DNA from: Candidatus Hodarchaeum mangrovi | GTDB lineage: Archaea; Asgardarchaeota; Heimdallarchaeia; Hodarchaeales; Hodarchaeaceae | Reading direction: 5' to 3' | NCBI GenBank assembly: GCA_016839515.1 | Contig: JAEOUE010000197.1 | Span: 1-64,000 of the forward strand | Length of the DNA stretch: 64,000 bases | Shown here: positions 29,984 through 39,327 of the stretch, piece by piece | Position numbering within the stretch: the first letter of the stretch is position 1 | How the letters are laid out: the number at the start of each line of letters is the position of its first letter | Notes under the pieces: model-generated | Database searches by the model: none | What the model saw: only the letters and a program-made list of their open reading frames with translations | Told to the model about the DNA's origin: nothing | Program-made: the position numbers and the translations under genes

Positions 29984-30583
29984 ATGAGTGTTTTAAGAGA
30001 TCCATTATATCGAACTCTAAGTTATTACCGAAGTGAGATAGCTATGCAAGACCTGCATTCAAGAAGGTTAAGAGAAGAATTTAAGAGAATGTTAAAGATA
30101 TTTCCACCAAAATCCAGTCATATTAAATGGAAAATAATCGATAATGACCTTCATCATTATCGTGCGACTATTTTTGGTAAAACTGGGACACCATTTGAAG
30201 GTGGAAAATGGGATATTACAGTAGATTTACCACCCGAGTATCCGTTCAAACCTCCCATTGTTAACTTTATAACACCTATCTGGCATCCGAATATTGCTGT
30301 TGGAAAAACAAAATGGACTTGGGGATCTAATGTATGTTTAAGCTTGGTGAATTGGAATAATTTGGGGAAACCAGGCGGCTGGAAAGAAACGATTACTTTA
30401 CCCAGTGTATTTGAACATATTGAAATGATGTTGGATATATATGAAAGTGTTGATAATGCTGACTTTCCTGAGTATCTTGTTGATCCAGAGGATCCATTTA
30501 ATCCAGAAGCAGGAAAAGAGATGAAAGAAAACTTTCGGGCTTACTGGGAAAAAGCTTCCGATTGGACAAAGAAGCATAGCTGA
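29984..30583 (+). CDS. Ubiquitin-conjugating enzyme E2
   Basis: RRLREE, GTPFEGG, PEYPFKPP, HPNI, catalytic VCLSL and DPFNPEA motifs. Confidence 0.95.
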   Translation: MSVLRDPLYRTLSYYRSEIAMQDLHSRRLREEFKRMLKIFPPKSSHIKWKIIDNDLHHYRATIFGKTGTPFEGGKWDITVDLPPEYPFKPPIVNFITPIWHPNIAVGKTKWTWGSNVCLSLVNWNNLGKPGGWKETITLPSVFEHIEMMLDIYESVDNADFPEYLVDPEDPFNPEAGKEMKENFRAYWEKASDWTKKHS

Positions 30584-30599
30584 ACTAGAGGAAATTCGA

Positions 30600-31178
30600 A
30601 TGCCTTTAGAATCTAGCAACGAAAAAAATAATCAAAAAAATCATCTAAATGAGGTTAAGAAACCTTCATCAAAGAACAAAGACAAGAAAAAGATTGTTAA
30701 ATTAGATATTAAAGTAAAATCGGTTTCGATCTACTGGAAACACATTCAGAAGATGACCGATTTTTCCGTACGATCTATACCTAACGAAGCTATCGGTCTT
30801 CTCGGAGGGAGAGAAATTAGGAAAGGTGAACTTTTGGTAGAAAAAGTAATTCATATATCCACTGGCGACGAAGTCTCAGTATCTTTTTCAGATGATGATT
30901 TCAAGTCTTTTGAGGATCTTCTTAATGAAAATAATCATTGCATTGGATGGTGGCATTCTCATCCAGGATATGGATTGTTTCTTTCTCCAACTGATTTAAC
31001 AACTCATATTTATTCCTTTCAAGTTCATAATCCACTATCTGTGGCACTAGTTTTAGATCCAACAAGAATTAATAATCAATGTGCTGATTTTACATGTTAT
31101 CAAGTAAAAGGAGAAAATGGGATTTCACCCTTTATTTATAACGAAATAGCTAGCTATATCATAAAATCAAAAGACTAA
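30600..31178 (+). CDS. JAMM/MPN+ isopeptidase (Rpn11/CSN5-like)
   Basis: EAIGLLGG, GWWHSHPGYGLFLSPTD and ALVLDP motifs. Confidence 0.95.
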   Translation: MPLESSNEKNNQKNHLNEVKKPSSKNKDKKKIVKLDIKVKSVSIYWKHIQKMTDFSVRSIPNEAIGLLGGREIRKGELLVEKVIHISTGDEVSVSFSDDDFKSFEDLLNENNHCIGWWHSHPGYGLFLSPTDLTTHIYSFQVHNPLSVALVLDPTRINNQCADFTCYQVKGENGISPFIYNEIASYIIKSKD

Positions 31179-31237
31179 TTTAGGTTAAATATAAGTTGTT
31201 TCGAGATATTAATTGTTTTTCAAAGGAATAATAAAAA

Positions 31238-32050
31238 ATGGTGTCCACATCATTATCTTTTAGTTTTTATAAGCGTATTAGTGGTCAAATAGCTCATTTT
31301 TTCCTTCAAAGCGGTTCAGCAACTGATTATACAATAATTGACTATTTTTTTGTTTTTTTAGGTCCAGCTGCAGTACTTTTCTTTACGTTCTACCTTTGGT
31401 GGTCAGGAAAAAGGAAGAATCGCAAGATTATGAGGATAACACAGGAGTCTTTAATCCAAGTATTCTCAAAAGAGTTCGAAGATCTCATTATGGAGCAGAT
31501 GAGTTCAAATGGGGGCCTTTTATTTCCTAAATACAAAAAATCTACTGTAATTCCCTTTAAGGACTTTCGTGTTGTATTTGCTCTCGAAGAACGTCATTTA
31601 ATGCTATCTGTTATTATTTCTTGGTTTTCAGGAGCTAAAGATTATATTGCATTAGAAGCTAATCCTAAACGTGGAAAAACATCAACCAAAATTCAAATAA
31701 TTCCTAAGAAAGAAGAAGGACAAATTAAGAAACACCAAGATTTGCTATTTACTCTCGATGAAATAGAATTAGGGGTGAGACAGCTTGATGAGACATATAT
31801 TTGGAAAGCATCATCAAGCCGATCAGGATTGTATTTTCTTTCAGATAAAACTCTCCTGAAAAATATACATAAATTGCGAAACAATCTTGTTCGAATTTCT
31901 ATAGATTCCTCAGATGATCCTTCTATTCGAATATACGTCAAGATAAATAAGGATTTAGACCTTGAACAGTTATACATAACATTTATGGCTTTGTGTGAGA
32001 GGGTTGACCAAGTATTTGATAAAACTGTAATGAAAAAAACTCGAAATTAG
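31238..32050 (+). CDS. Single-pass membrane protein, CCDC47/DUF1682 (PAT complex subunit)-like
   Basis: TM helix followed by WWSGKRKNRKI...FSKEF and LEERHLMLSVIISWFSGAKDYIALE, resembling the recalled CCDC47 segments GKNKNSRL...ESNF and LKRQDLLNV...DQV. Confidence 0.6.
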   Translation: MVSTSLSFSFYKRISGQIAHFFLQSGSATDYTIIDYFFVFLGPAAVLFFTFYLWWSGKRKNRKIMRITQESLIQVFSKEFEDLIMEQMSSNGGLLFPKYKKSTVIPFKDFRVVFALEERHLMLSVIISWFSGAKDYIALEANPKRGKTSTKIQIIPKKEEGQIKKHQDLLFTLDEIELGVRQLDETYIWKASSSRSGLYFLSDKTLLKNIHKLRNNLVRISIDSSDDPSIRIYVKINKDLDLEQLYITFMALCERVDQVFDKTVMKKTRN

Positions 32051-32073
32051 ATCAGACGAGAAAATTTTAAATT

Positions 32074-32637
32074 CTATAGGGTTTCTAATTTTTCAGTTAC
32101 ACGTTGTCGAAGCCACTCAAGTCCTTCTTCAACATTGAATCCAGTTTTCGCTGAAGTTGGTACAATTGCATAAGAATGTGTGGTAACTTTGTGGAGATTG
32201 AGAGCTCGAGCTACTTCTCCTGCAGAACCAGCATTTTCTAAATCTTGTTTATTAGCTAAAACCAATATAGGAATATTTTGAACGCGATCATTGTTAAGAA
32301 CATACTTCCATAATTCCTTTCTTGCTTCTTCATATCGTGCTTTATCAGCTGAATCAATCACATACACTATTCCCATGGAACCTGCCATGTAACTTTCCCA
32401 CAATGATTCACGGAATGCTTCTTGCCCTCCAATGTCCCACGAAATAAACCTTACATTTCCCGAGCTGAATTCATCAACATTCATTCCGAGAGTTCTAAAT
32501 GTGCTACTGTCAAATTCACCCGATGTAATTCTTTTAACAATCGTTGTTTTACCTGCGTGATCTAGCCCTAACCATGCAATTTTGACTGTTAGACGTTCTT
32601 TGGCAAATTTTGCTCTAAGTTTGGTTAAAAAGCTCAT
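32074..32637 (-). CDS. Arf-family small GTPase with N-terminal amphipathic helix
   Basis: GLDHAGKTT, TLGMN, WDIGGQ, NKQD and TSAK motifs. Confidence 0.93.
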   Translation of the reverse strand: MSFLTKLRAKFAKERLTVKIAWLGLDHAGKTTIVKRITSGEFDSSTFRTLGMNVDEFSSGNVRFISWDIGGQEAFRESLWESYMAGSMGIVYVIDSADKARYEEARKELWKYVLNNDRVQNIPILVLANKQDLENAGSAGEVARALNLHKVTTHSYAIVPTSAKTGFNVEEGLEWLRQRVTEKLETL

Positions 32638-32647
32638 TTTTGGGCAC

Positions 32648-33199
32648 CTATTTGTTCTTCCGTGTTATTATAATGCGAAATCTTTCACTCATCCACTGCC
32701 ATGGTTCATCAACTCCTTCTCCTGTAAGTGCTGAACAAGGATATACTGCAAATGTCCTTGGTCGCATACTAATTTCTCTTTCTAACCCTAATGATTCAAT
32801 TATCTTCTCTAAAGGCATTGCTTCAGCTAAATCTTGTTTATTAGCTAGGAAAAGAAAAGCTGAGTCCTCTGGGGCCCATTTAATTACTTGTTGCAACCAT
32901 TTCCCTGCTTCTTCAACTTTTGATTTATCTGCTGAATCAAAAACAAACACAATTCCTACTGACTTGGTTACGAAAGGTTCCCATAAACTAGTTGGATATG
33001 TAACCTGACCCCCCAGATCAGCAGCCATGACCTCAATATCTCCAATTTTTAGTGTTTCAATATTCATACCCATCGTAGGAACAGTTTCTAGGTTATCTTG
33101 TCCTTTCAATCTTCTTACTAATGTTGTTTTCCCTGCATTAGCTAATCCAACGAAGGTCATCTGATTTTCTATTTCACGACCGAATATTTTTGTTGGCAT
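32648..33199 (-). CDS. Arf-family small GTPase
   Basis: GLANAGKTT, PTMGMN, DLGGQ, NKQD and CSALTGEG motifs. Confidence 0.93.
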   Translation of the reverse strand: MPTKIFGREIENQMTFVGLANAGKTTLVRRLKGQDNLETVPTMGMNIETLKIGDIEVMAADLGGQVTYPTSLWEPFVTKSVGIVFVFDSADKSKVEEAGKWLQQVIKWAPEDSAFLFLANKQDLAEAMPLEKIIESLGLEREISMRPRTFAVYPCSALTGEGVDEPWQWMSERFRIIITRKNK

Positions 33200-33432
33200 A
33201 CAAAATCTCCTTTTTTAATCAAAATAATAAATTAATCGATGAATTATTAAAGTAATTAGGTGCTTTACATTGTAAATTTTAAGCGAAATAGGTCGTTTTC
33301 TTGATTTTTTCTTCAATGATTAATGAATTAATCATTAAATAAAGTAAGAGTTTTGACTTAGTTTGTAATTAAGAAATTAAGTCCATCATTAAAAACTGTT
33401 TGTTTTAAAACTAGAAATTCTATCCTTATTTT

Positions 33433-35319
33433 TTATACCTCTCTGGTAAAAATCGGTTGTTTTGAAACCAATTTTGGGAAGACTCTTGCAATAATCGGTT
33501 TATCCTTCACTTGTTCTTTAATTTGCACTTCTAATGCCTTTAATGAAAGTGTTTCTTGTTTTTTCTTTTGACGAGATCTAACATTAACAGTTTTATCTTC
33601 AAATTCCTTTTTTCCAATAACAATTACATAAGGGGTCCAAAGCTTTTCCGCTGCTCTAATTTTTTTATTTAAAGAAAGATCTCTATCATCTATTTCAATA
33701 CGAATCCCTCGACTTTCAAGATACTCTGAGATCTCTAATGCATAAGAAGTAAGATCATCAGTCACAGGAATGATTCTAACTTGAATAGGTGCTAGCCACA
33801 AAGGAAATTGTGGTTTTTGGCCTTTTTCTATTCGTTTAATTTGTTCTTCAAGAATAGCATAAATAACTCGTTCTGTTGAACCAGATAATGAACAATGGAG
33901 TAGTAGAGGATAACTATCCTGCCCCTGATCATTTATATATTTGATATTGAACCTTTCAGCATTTTCAACATCGATCTGAACTGTTGATAATGCTGCTGCC
34001 TTTTTTTGTGCATCTACAACATTAAATTCAAACTTTAGAATAAAATAAGCATACCTAATGTTAAATAGCTCAAGTAATACTGGTTTATTCAGGCTTTGAA
34101 CCATTGCTTTAATCCAATCATGGTTTTCTTCATAGAAATCGTAAGTCATACGAAAGGCAGTCTCAAAAGTAATGTCAATGTCTTTCATATACTTAAAAGC
34201 CATTTTAAATTGTGTCTCGAATTCAGCTTTTGCCATGTCAATGTCTAAAGCGACCGTATGAAGATCAGGCATCGTGAAGGCCCGAAGACGGCGAATTCCC
34301 GCTAATTCTCCACGTTGTTCTCGTCTGAAAGATTGTGCAAGTTCAAAAATTTTAACAGGAAGCTGACGATAACTTATCAGAGCATCTGACAAAGTTAAGA
34401 ATTGACCAAAACAAGCAGCAAAACGTAGGAAGTAATCTTTATCACCAGATTTAACTACATATTGACGTGCAGGGAATCTTTCTAAATATTTTTTAAGAGA
34501 AGGATGTTCATAAGAGTACATTAAAGGTGTTTCAACAATCATAGCTCCATATTGAGCTGCTATCTTCAAAACTTGGTCTTCTATCAATCTTTTTACAACA
34601 AATCCTCTTGGAAGAATTCGAAAGTTTCCCGAATCACTTCCTGATTCATAATCGATTAATTCAAGTTTCTTCATCAGGTCCACATGTTTTGGAGGAGTAC
34701 TTATTGACCTATCTTTAGCAGTTTCATATTTCACAAAAACATCAAGTTCTTTATGTTGGTTATAATTAAAATCTCTGAAATTTACTTTTTCCCCAAATTC
34801 AGTAAGTATAAAAAATTCTGATTTTGTTTGATCTTCAGCTTCCAAAGCTTTGGTAACTTCAATTGAAGATTTAATATCTATATCGCCCAAAATCTCTTTT
34901 GAACGTTCTGCAAGGGCGTGTCCTTTGCAATTTATTGAAAAACTTTTATAGTAACCAAATGGAGCACGAATAATGTTCAGTTTTCGGTTTTTTATTTTTA
35001 TATTTGTAGTTAGTTCCCTTAACATCTCCAAAGCTTCTGATGACCTGGCTGGATTAGTTTTAGTTAGATGCACCCAAGGATAAATAATAACATTAGTTTC
35101 TTTTATATCGTTTAACGCATGTATGATCTCATCTGAACCTTGTAGAATTACTTTATCTCTATTTTTAGTGTCTTCGACTTCAACTGATATAAAGACAATT
35201 AAAACAGAACTCTCTGTACTGTATTCGCCTAAAACTTCATCTAATGGTTCAGGATCTTTGATAGCTTTTTCATTTATTTTCCAAGCAAAACCATGTGAAT
35301 GGATAAGTAAAAGTTGCAT
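33433..35319 (-). CDS. thrS: Threonine--tRNA ligase (archaeal type with N-terminal editing domain)
   Basis: MQLLLIHS, YPWVHL, APFGYYK, LRFAACFGQF, RLRAFTMPDLH and PLWLAPIQVR motifs. Confidence 0.97.
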   Translation of the reverse strand: MQLLLIHSHGFAWKINEKAIKDPEPLDEVLGEYSTESSVLIVFISVEVEDTKNRDKVILQGSDEIIHALNDIKETNVIIYPWVHLTKTNPARSSEALEMLRELTTNIKIKNRKLNIIRAPFGYYKSFSINCKGHALAERSKEILGDIDIKSSIEVTKALEAEDQTKSEFFILTEFGEKVNFRDFNYNQHKELDVFVKYETAKDRSISTPPKHVDLMKKLELIDYESGSDSGNFRILPRGFVVKRLIEDQVLKIAAQYGAMIVETPLMYSYEHPSLKKYLERFPARQYVVKSGDKDYFLRFAACFGQFLTLSDALISYRQLPVKIFELAQSFRREQRGELAGIRRLRAFTMPDLHTVALDIDMAKAEFETQFKMAFKYMKDIDITFETAFRMTYDFYEENHDWIKAMVQSLNKPVLLELFNIRYAYFILKFEFNVVDAQKKAAALSTVQIDVENAERFNIKYINDQGQDSYPLLLHCSLSGSTERVIYAILEEQIKRIEKGQKPQFPLWLAPIQVRIIPVTDDLTSYALEISEYLESRGIRIEIDDRDLSLNKKIRAAEKLWTPYVIVIGKKEFEDKTVNVRSRQKKKQETLSLKALEVQIKEQVKDKPIIARVFPKLVSKQPIFTREV

Positions 35320-35419
35320 AAGATCAACCCTAAATGGATTTATGAGGTATTTATAGTCATTTTATACTTATTTGTCAAATATTCAAAAGCTCTTGTCTCG
35401 TAAGATTACTAAGTTTCCC

Positions 35420-36019
35420 TCACAGAAAATTTTCAACAAAAAAGTTAACAGAAGAATCTGGGATTCCCAGTTCAAGAAATGTTGCCCATGCCCGAGTCTT
35501 ATCATATTGTTCAGAAAGTGTTCGTTCTGTCATAAATTCATAATATTCATGTGGAAAAACAACCCATTCAGTGGATTCCTCTACAAAATAGTCTGGTTTT
35601 ATCTTGGACCAAGGTTTATATAAAAGAGTGGCAATTCTTATTTCTTTTGGACTTTTAAGCTTTAAATATTCCAATGCAATTTCAAGACTTTCACCTGTAT
35701 CTGCTAAATCATCAACCAATAAGATTTTTTTATTATAAATATCAACACCAACATCTTGTGCTATTACAGGGCGAGTATGTGTTTCTGCTATTGCAGTATA
35801 AAATCTAATCTGCATTGTTGCTAGAATTGAAGTGCCTGTTTTTTTCTGGAGAGGAACCTCTGCTTCGAACATATCACTTAGTAATCTAGCTGGTATCCAT
35901 CCCCCTCTACTAATACCAATGATTATTTCTGGGTTGTATCCATCTTTTTTTATCAAATGAAAACACGTTCTTGCTAGTCTATCTATATCTTGCCACTTTA
36001 ATACTTTAAATTTCATCAT
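35420..36019 (-). CDS. Purine phosphoribosyltransferase (type I PRTase)
   Basis: GISRGGWIPA, LLVDDLADTGES and WVVFPHE motifs. Confidence 0.9.
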   Translation of the reverse strand: MMKFKVLKWQDIDRLARTCFHLIKKDGYNPEIIIGISRGGWIPARLLSDMFEAEVPLQKKTGTSILATMQIRFYTAIAETHTRPVIAQDVGVDIYNKKILLVDDLADTGESLEIALEYLKLKSPKEIRIATLLYKPWSKIKPDYFVEESTEWVVFPHEYYEFMTERTLSEQYDKTRAWATFLELGIPDSSVNFFVENFL

Positions 36020-36149
36020 GAGTTAAACCAGTGGTATATCTTAATTAATTTTGAAATACGTTTACTTATTTAATTGAATTTAAAATTGTGTTACATGATA
36101 AATTTCCACCTGAAAGTCCTGGAGTGGGTTAATTATAGCTTTATATATT

Positions 36150-36695
36150 TTGAAAAAAATACAAACATATTCAGTGCTAATTTTTGAAGGAGAATTGAAG
36201 TCCAAGATTGAGTTATATTCATTGGGACAAAAACTCAAGGAATTAAGCGACAATAACTCTCTTGTTGCAATCCAAATGCTGGATTCTTTAAATATTTGGA
36301 GCTTGGCGCACATTGAGTCAGCAGTTTGGCATTCGATAAATGCGCTTAAAAATAATCATCTAATTTCTAATACATTGGCAATTGAGTTATTATTATACCT
36401 CGCTGGTGAGAGGCAAATAAGTAAAGCTATTGAGGAGTATGGACTGAAGGAACGTACAAGAAAAGTACTAGGAATTATAATAGGTTCAAATCATCATAAT
36501 ATCCATTTAGCTTTTAATGAATTATTATCTTTATATAGTCTAGAATTAAATAAAAAAATCCTTAATCCCACAGCAGAAAAATATGAATACTTTTCAAAGA
36601 AATTCATCCAAGAAGGTTATATTAAGGATAATTTATCTTATCAGGGAATTGAAACTGTGTTATTGCAAAGAATAGCACTGTTAGCACTGGGATAA
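36150..36695 (+). CDS. cgi121: KEOPS complex subunit Cgi121
   Basis: IELLLYLAGERQISKAIEEYG motif. Confidence 0.9.
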   Translation: MKKIQTYSVLIFEGELKSKIELYSLGQKLKELSDNNSLVAIQMLDSLNIWSLAHIESAVWHSINALKNNHLISNTLAIELLLYLAGERQISKAIEEYGLKERTRKVLGIIIGSNHHNIHLAFNELLSLYSLELNKKILNPTAEKYEYFSKKFIQEGYIKDNLSYQGIETVLLQRIALLALG

Positions 36696-36707
36696 AGCCT
36701 TTTTATA

Positions 36708-37247
36708 CTAGATTCTTCTCAGATAATCTGAAGTCTTGATTTCTGTTTTTGGCTTCATCACACTTATTCCAGATAAATCTCGAATGATTTCTATTCGGAT
36801 TTCATAATCGGGGTCGGTAAGTTTAACAGTTCCCCATGTTATTTTATCAGCAACAGCTGAAATAACTTCCTTTGATCTAAGATTAGTTTGTCGCTTACGT
36901 AATACGATTGCCCAAGTATTTTCTCTTGTAACTTTCTTTTGGACTAATTCATAAGCATGATTAGTGATCTGTAAGATATCAGTCTTAAATAAATGTTCTA
37001 ACGGAGTTATTCTTAAACAGGCAATGAGTGGACCATTTTCTTCAATATATTCACGGATTTTTAAAACTACCTGAAATGGATGGATTTCCTCATCTTGAAG
37101 CGTGAGTAGCGATAAACCTGGTACACGTGATTTTAGAGGTTTTGTTTTATAATCTAAGACATCAGTAATCACATAATAGAGTTCCGAGAGCGCATCACGT
37201 TCTTGGTTTCTTTGTGAGCTAATTAAAAAGCTCATATTCGACACCAC
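36708..37247 (-). CDS. Stand-alone THUMP domain protein (Tan1-like)
   Basis: TWAIVLRKR...VKLTDPDYEIRIEII...GISV. Confidence 0.85.
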   Translation of the reverse strand: MVSNMSFLISSQRNQERDALSELYYVITDVLDYKTKPLKSRVPGLSLLTLQDEEIHPFQVVLKIREYIEENGPLIACLRITPLEHLFKTDILQITNHAYELVQKKVTRENTWAIVLRKRQTNLRSKEVISAVADKITWGTVKLTDPDYEIRIEIIRDLSGISVMKPKTEIKTSDYLRRI

Positions 37248-37253
37248 CCTAGG

Positions 37254-37424
37254 TTATTCACGAATTAACCAAGCAGAAGATATAAGATCTGTGGATCCAC
37301 ATTTTGGGCATGAAGGTTTGGTAATATAGATACCATCTTCCTCTAATGTTATAAATTCAGCTTTCTGGAATCTATTTTCACAATTTTTATTCTGACAAAT
37401 ATAAACATCAGGTTTTTCTACCAT
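37254..37424 (-). CDS. Small 56-aa Zn-ribbon protein
   Basis: Not in the ORF track. Manual translation MVEKPDVYICQNKNCENRF...SCPKCGSTDLISSAWLIRE*; GGTGG RBS upstream; fits the gap between the flanking same-strand genes. Confidence 0.75.
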   Translation of the reverse strand: MVEKPDVYICQNKNCENRFQKAEFITLEEDGIYITKPSCPKCGSTDLISSAWLIRE

Positions 37425-37441
37425 TTTTCCACCAACAATAT

Positions 37442-38143
37442 TTAGATTTGTTTATGACCAAATTCGAGAATATCTGTGATGTTAGCAACTCCTTTAGGTA
37501 AATTAAATATTTGATTATCCCAATCAGCAAGAATAAGACGCCTCCAAGAGGCGAATTGAAGCTGGGAAAGTACTTTATCTTCTGATTGCCGTAGATTTTG
37601 AGCTATATCTTTGAGATTGCCTGTTGAATGTTTAACTGCAAGAAGAACATCATAGTATTGTTTTATTGCATTTAAGACTATCATTCCTAGAGCACGTTCA
37701 ATATTTTCTCCAGATTTCGCAGAAGTTCCAATTACTGTAATTTTATCGGAATTTTTACCTAAAACAGCATTAGCTACTTCATCGGGAGTCTTAGCACCAA
37801 TTATATCTTGTTTGTTTGCACATAAAATTATAGGAACACTTGGAAGGATTTGATTTACCTCTAGTAATAATTTACTTGCCTCTTCAAAGGAGGCCACATT
37901 TACTGAATCGACTACAAATAAAACTCCATCTGCCCCCTTACTCAAGATCTTTCGAATTACTTCAAAACGCTGTAGTCCTGGTGTCCCAAATAAAAAGACT
38001 TTTACACCATAAATTTCGGTTTTACAGTGATCTAATGCAACAGTTGTACCACCATAATCAATAGAAATAGCTGATCCACCGCAAATCTGGTGTACTGTTG
38101 TTGATTTTCCACTGTTATAAGGACCTAATAGAACTATCTTCAT
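37442..38143 (-). CDS. Small GTPase (MglA/Rup-like) with C-terminal HTH-like extension
   Basis: GPYNSGKST, TTVALDH, FGTPGLQRF, NKQD and TSAK motifs. Confidence 0.85.
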   Translation of the reverse strand: MKIVLLGPYNSGKSTTVHQICGGSAISIDYGGTTVALDHCKTEIYGVKVFLFGTPGLQRFEVIRKILSKGADGVLFVVDSVNVASFEEASKLLLEVNQILPSVPIILCANKQDIIGAKTPDEVANAVLGKNSDKITVIGTSAKSGENIERALGMIVLNAIKQYYDVLLAVKHSTGNLKDIAQNLRQSEDKVLSQLQFASWRRLILADWDNQIFNLPKGVANITDILEFGHKQI

Positions 38144-38665
38144 TTTTCAGGGCCACGCAAATTTGACTGCATACGGAGATTTTTATATTCTAAGATCGTT
38201 ACTCTCTATAGCTAAGCAAGATTATTCATAGGGATTAAAGTAAATTAAATATACCTTTCCGATCAAAGACAAAAAGGAGGTCTTTGCTAAGCTTTGCCTA
38301 TTGACTAGTATTTCAATTACTTATAAAGATTCGCTTTCTTTCTTTATTTGCTTCCTTAATTCTTATTGTACCAAGTTTTAAAGGATTTAAGTTTCAAGTT
38401 TAGGATTTTGTATTTTAAAAATTCTGTTTAAAAATATTTTAAGGAATAAAACGTTATATTTTGGCAATACTTTTTGGAATCTGTTTTAATAAGATGGAAA
38501 AATCTTCCTTTAGGGGAATTAAACTTATTTTTAATAAAATTCTACAAAAAGATTTTAGTAAAAATAAAGTATTCGAGAAAACACAAAAGGTACATTCTAA
38601 AGTCGTCCATTATAGGCTCTTTTAATCTGAATGAGAAAATTTTCTTTTAAGAGGACAAGTATAAG

Positions 38666-39088
38666 ATGAAAGTTCTTTATCGAAATCTATGGGCTTCTAG
38701 AGATGCACGCACACTGATTCTGTCCAGTTTAATACTTACAATGTGTGTATTATTTGAATTTTCATTTCTTTTTTTTCCAGATATTCTTGAAAATACGATT
38801 TTCCAATTTATAATGGTGGAAATAATCCTTTTCGAAGGAAATTTTCAGCCATTGCTTGTTCTTCTTCATTTAGCTATTTGGGGAATAATGTTCTTCTCTA
38901 CTCTTCTGGTCTATACAAGTGTTAAAGAATATAGTGGGCGAAGAACAGGACTTTTAGAAATTGGGGCTATTCTAATAGCATTTTTAGTAACTTCGATTCT
39001 GATCTATGATCTATGGTTTACATTATTCCTGCTTTGTCTAAATGGTTTAATTCTTTTGTATTTATACATATTAATGCAGAATGAGTAG
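38666..39088 (+). CDS. Hypothetical membrane protein (about 4 TM)
   Basis: Hydrophobic 140-aa ORF with a GAGG upstream. Confidence 0.65.
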   Translation: MKVLYRNLWASRDARTLILSSLILTMCVLFEFSFLFFPDILENTIFQFIMVEIILFEGNFQPLLVLLHLAIWGIMFFSTLLVYTSVKEYSGRRTGLLEIGAILIAFLVTSILIYDLWFTLFLLCLNGLILLYLYILMQNE

Positions 39089-39255
39089 TATTTGCCAAAT
39101 TCTCAATAATTCAAGGGCAAAATTAAGAAATCTTTTATCTTTAAATCATGAATAATGTAGATTCATCTTTTTCAGGTTTTGTGGTTAACAATCTTAATTT
39201 AAAAATTAGATATACGGACTAAATTAAGTATAAATTTCTTTAAATTTAAGAATTT

Positions 39256-39327
39256 CCCTCAAAACACTCAGTCTGGGACGGTGTCATCAAAATCAGATTA
39301 GTAAGAATCATCATTGTGTTTTAAGGG
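39256..39327 (-). ncRNA. Box C/D guide sRNA, predicted to direct 23S rRNA Gm2251 (E. coli numbering)
   Basis: Minus strand: C box ATGATGA (39314-39308), 11-nt guide, D' CTGA (39296-39293), C' TGATGA (39289-39284), guide CACCGTCCCAGA, D CTGA (39271-39268). Closed by a 12-bp terminal stem CCCTTAAAACAC/GTGTTTTGAGGG. Confidence 0.9.

Noticed and set aside
27319-30583. Calling the E1 and E2 as UBA5 and UFC1 (a complete canonical UFMylation pathway)
   Set aside because: The E1 has a UBA2/UBA3-type catalytic-Cys segment and the E2 has a canonical HPN motif rather than the UFC1 TAK motif.
38264-38286. CAAAGAC/GTCTTTG 7-bp hairpin in a 520-bp intergenic region
   Set aside because: Short and isolated, with no additional support.
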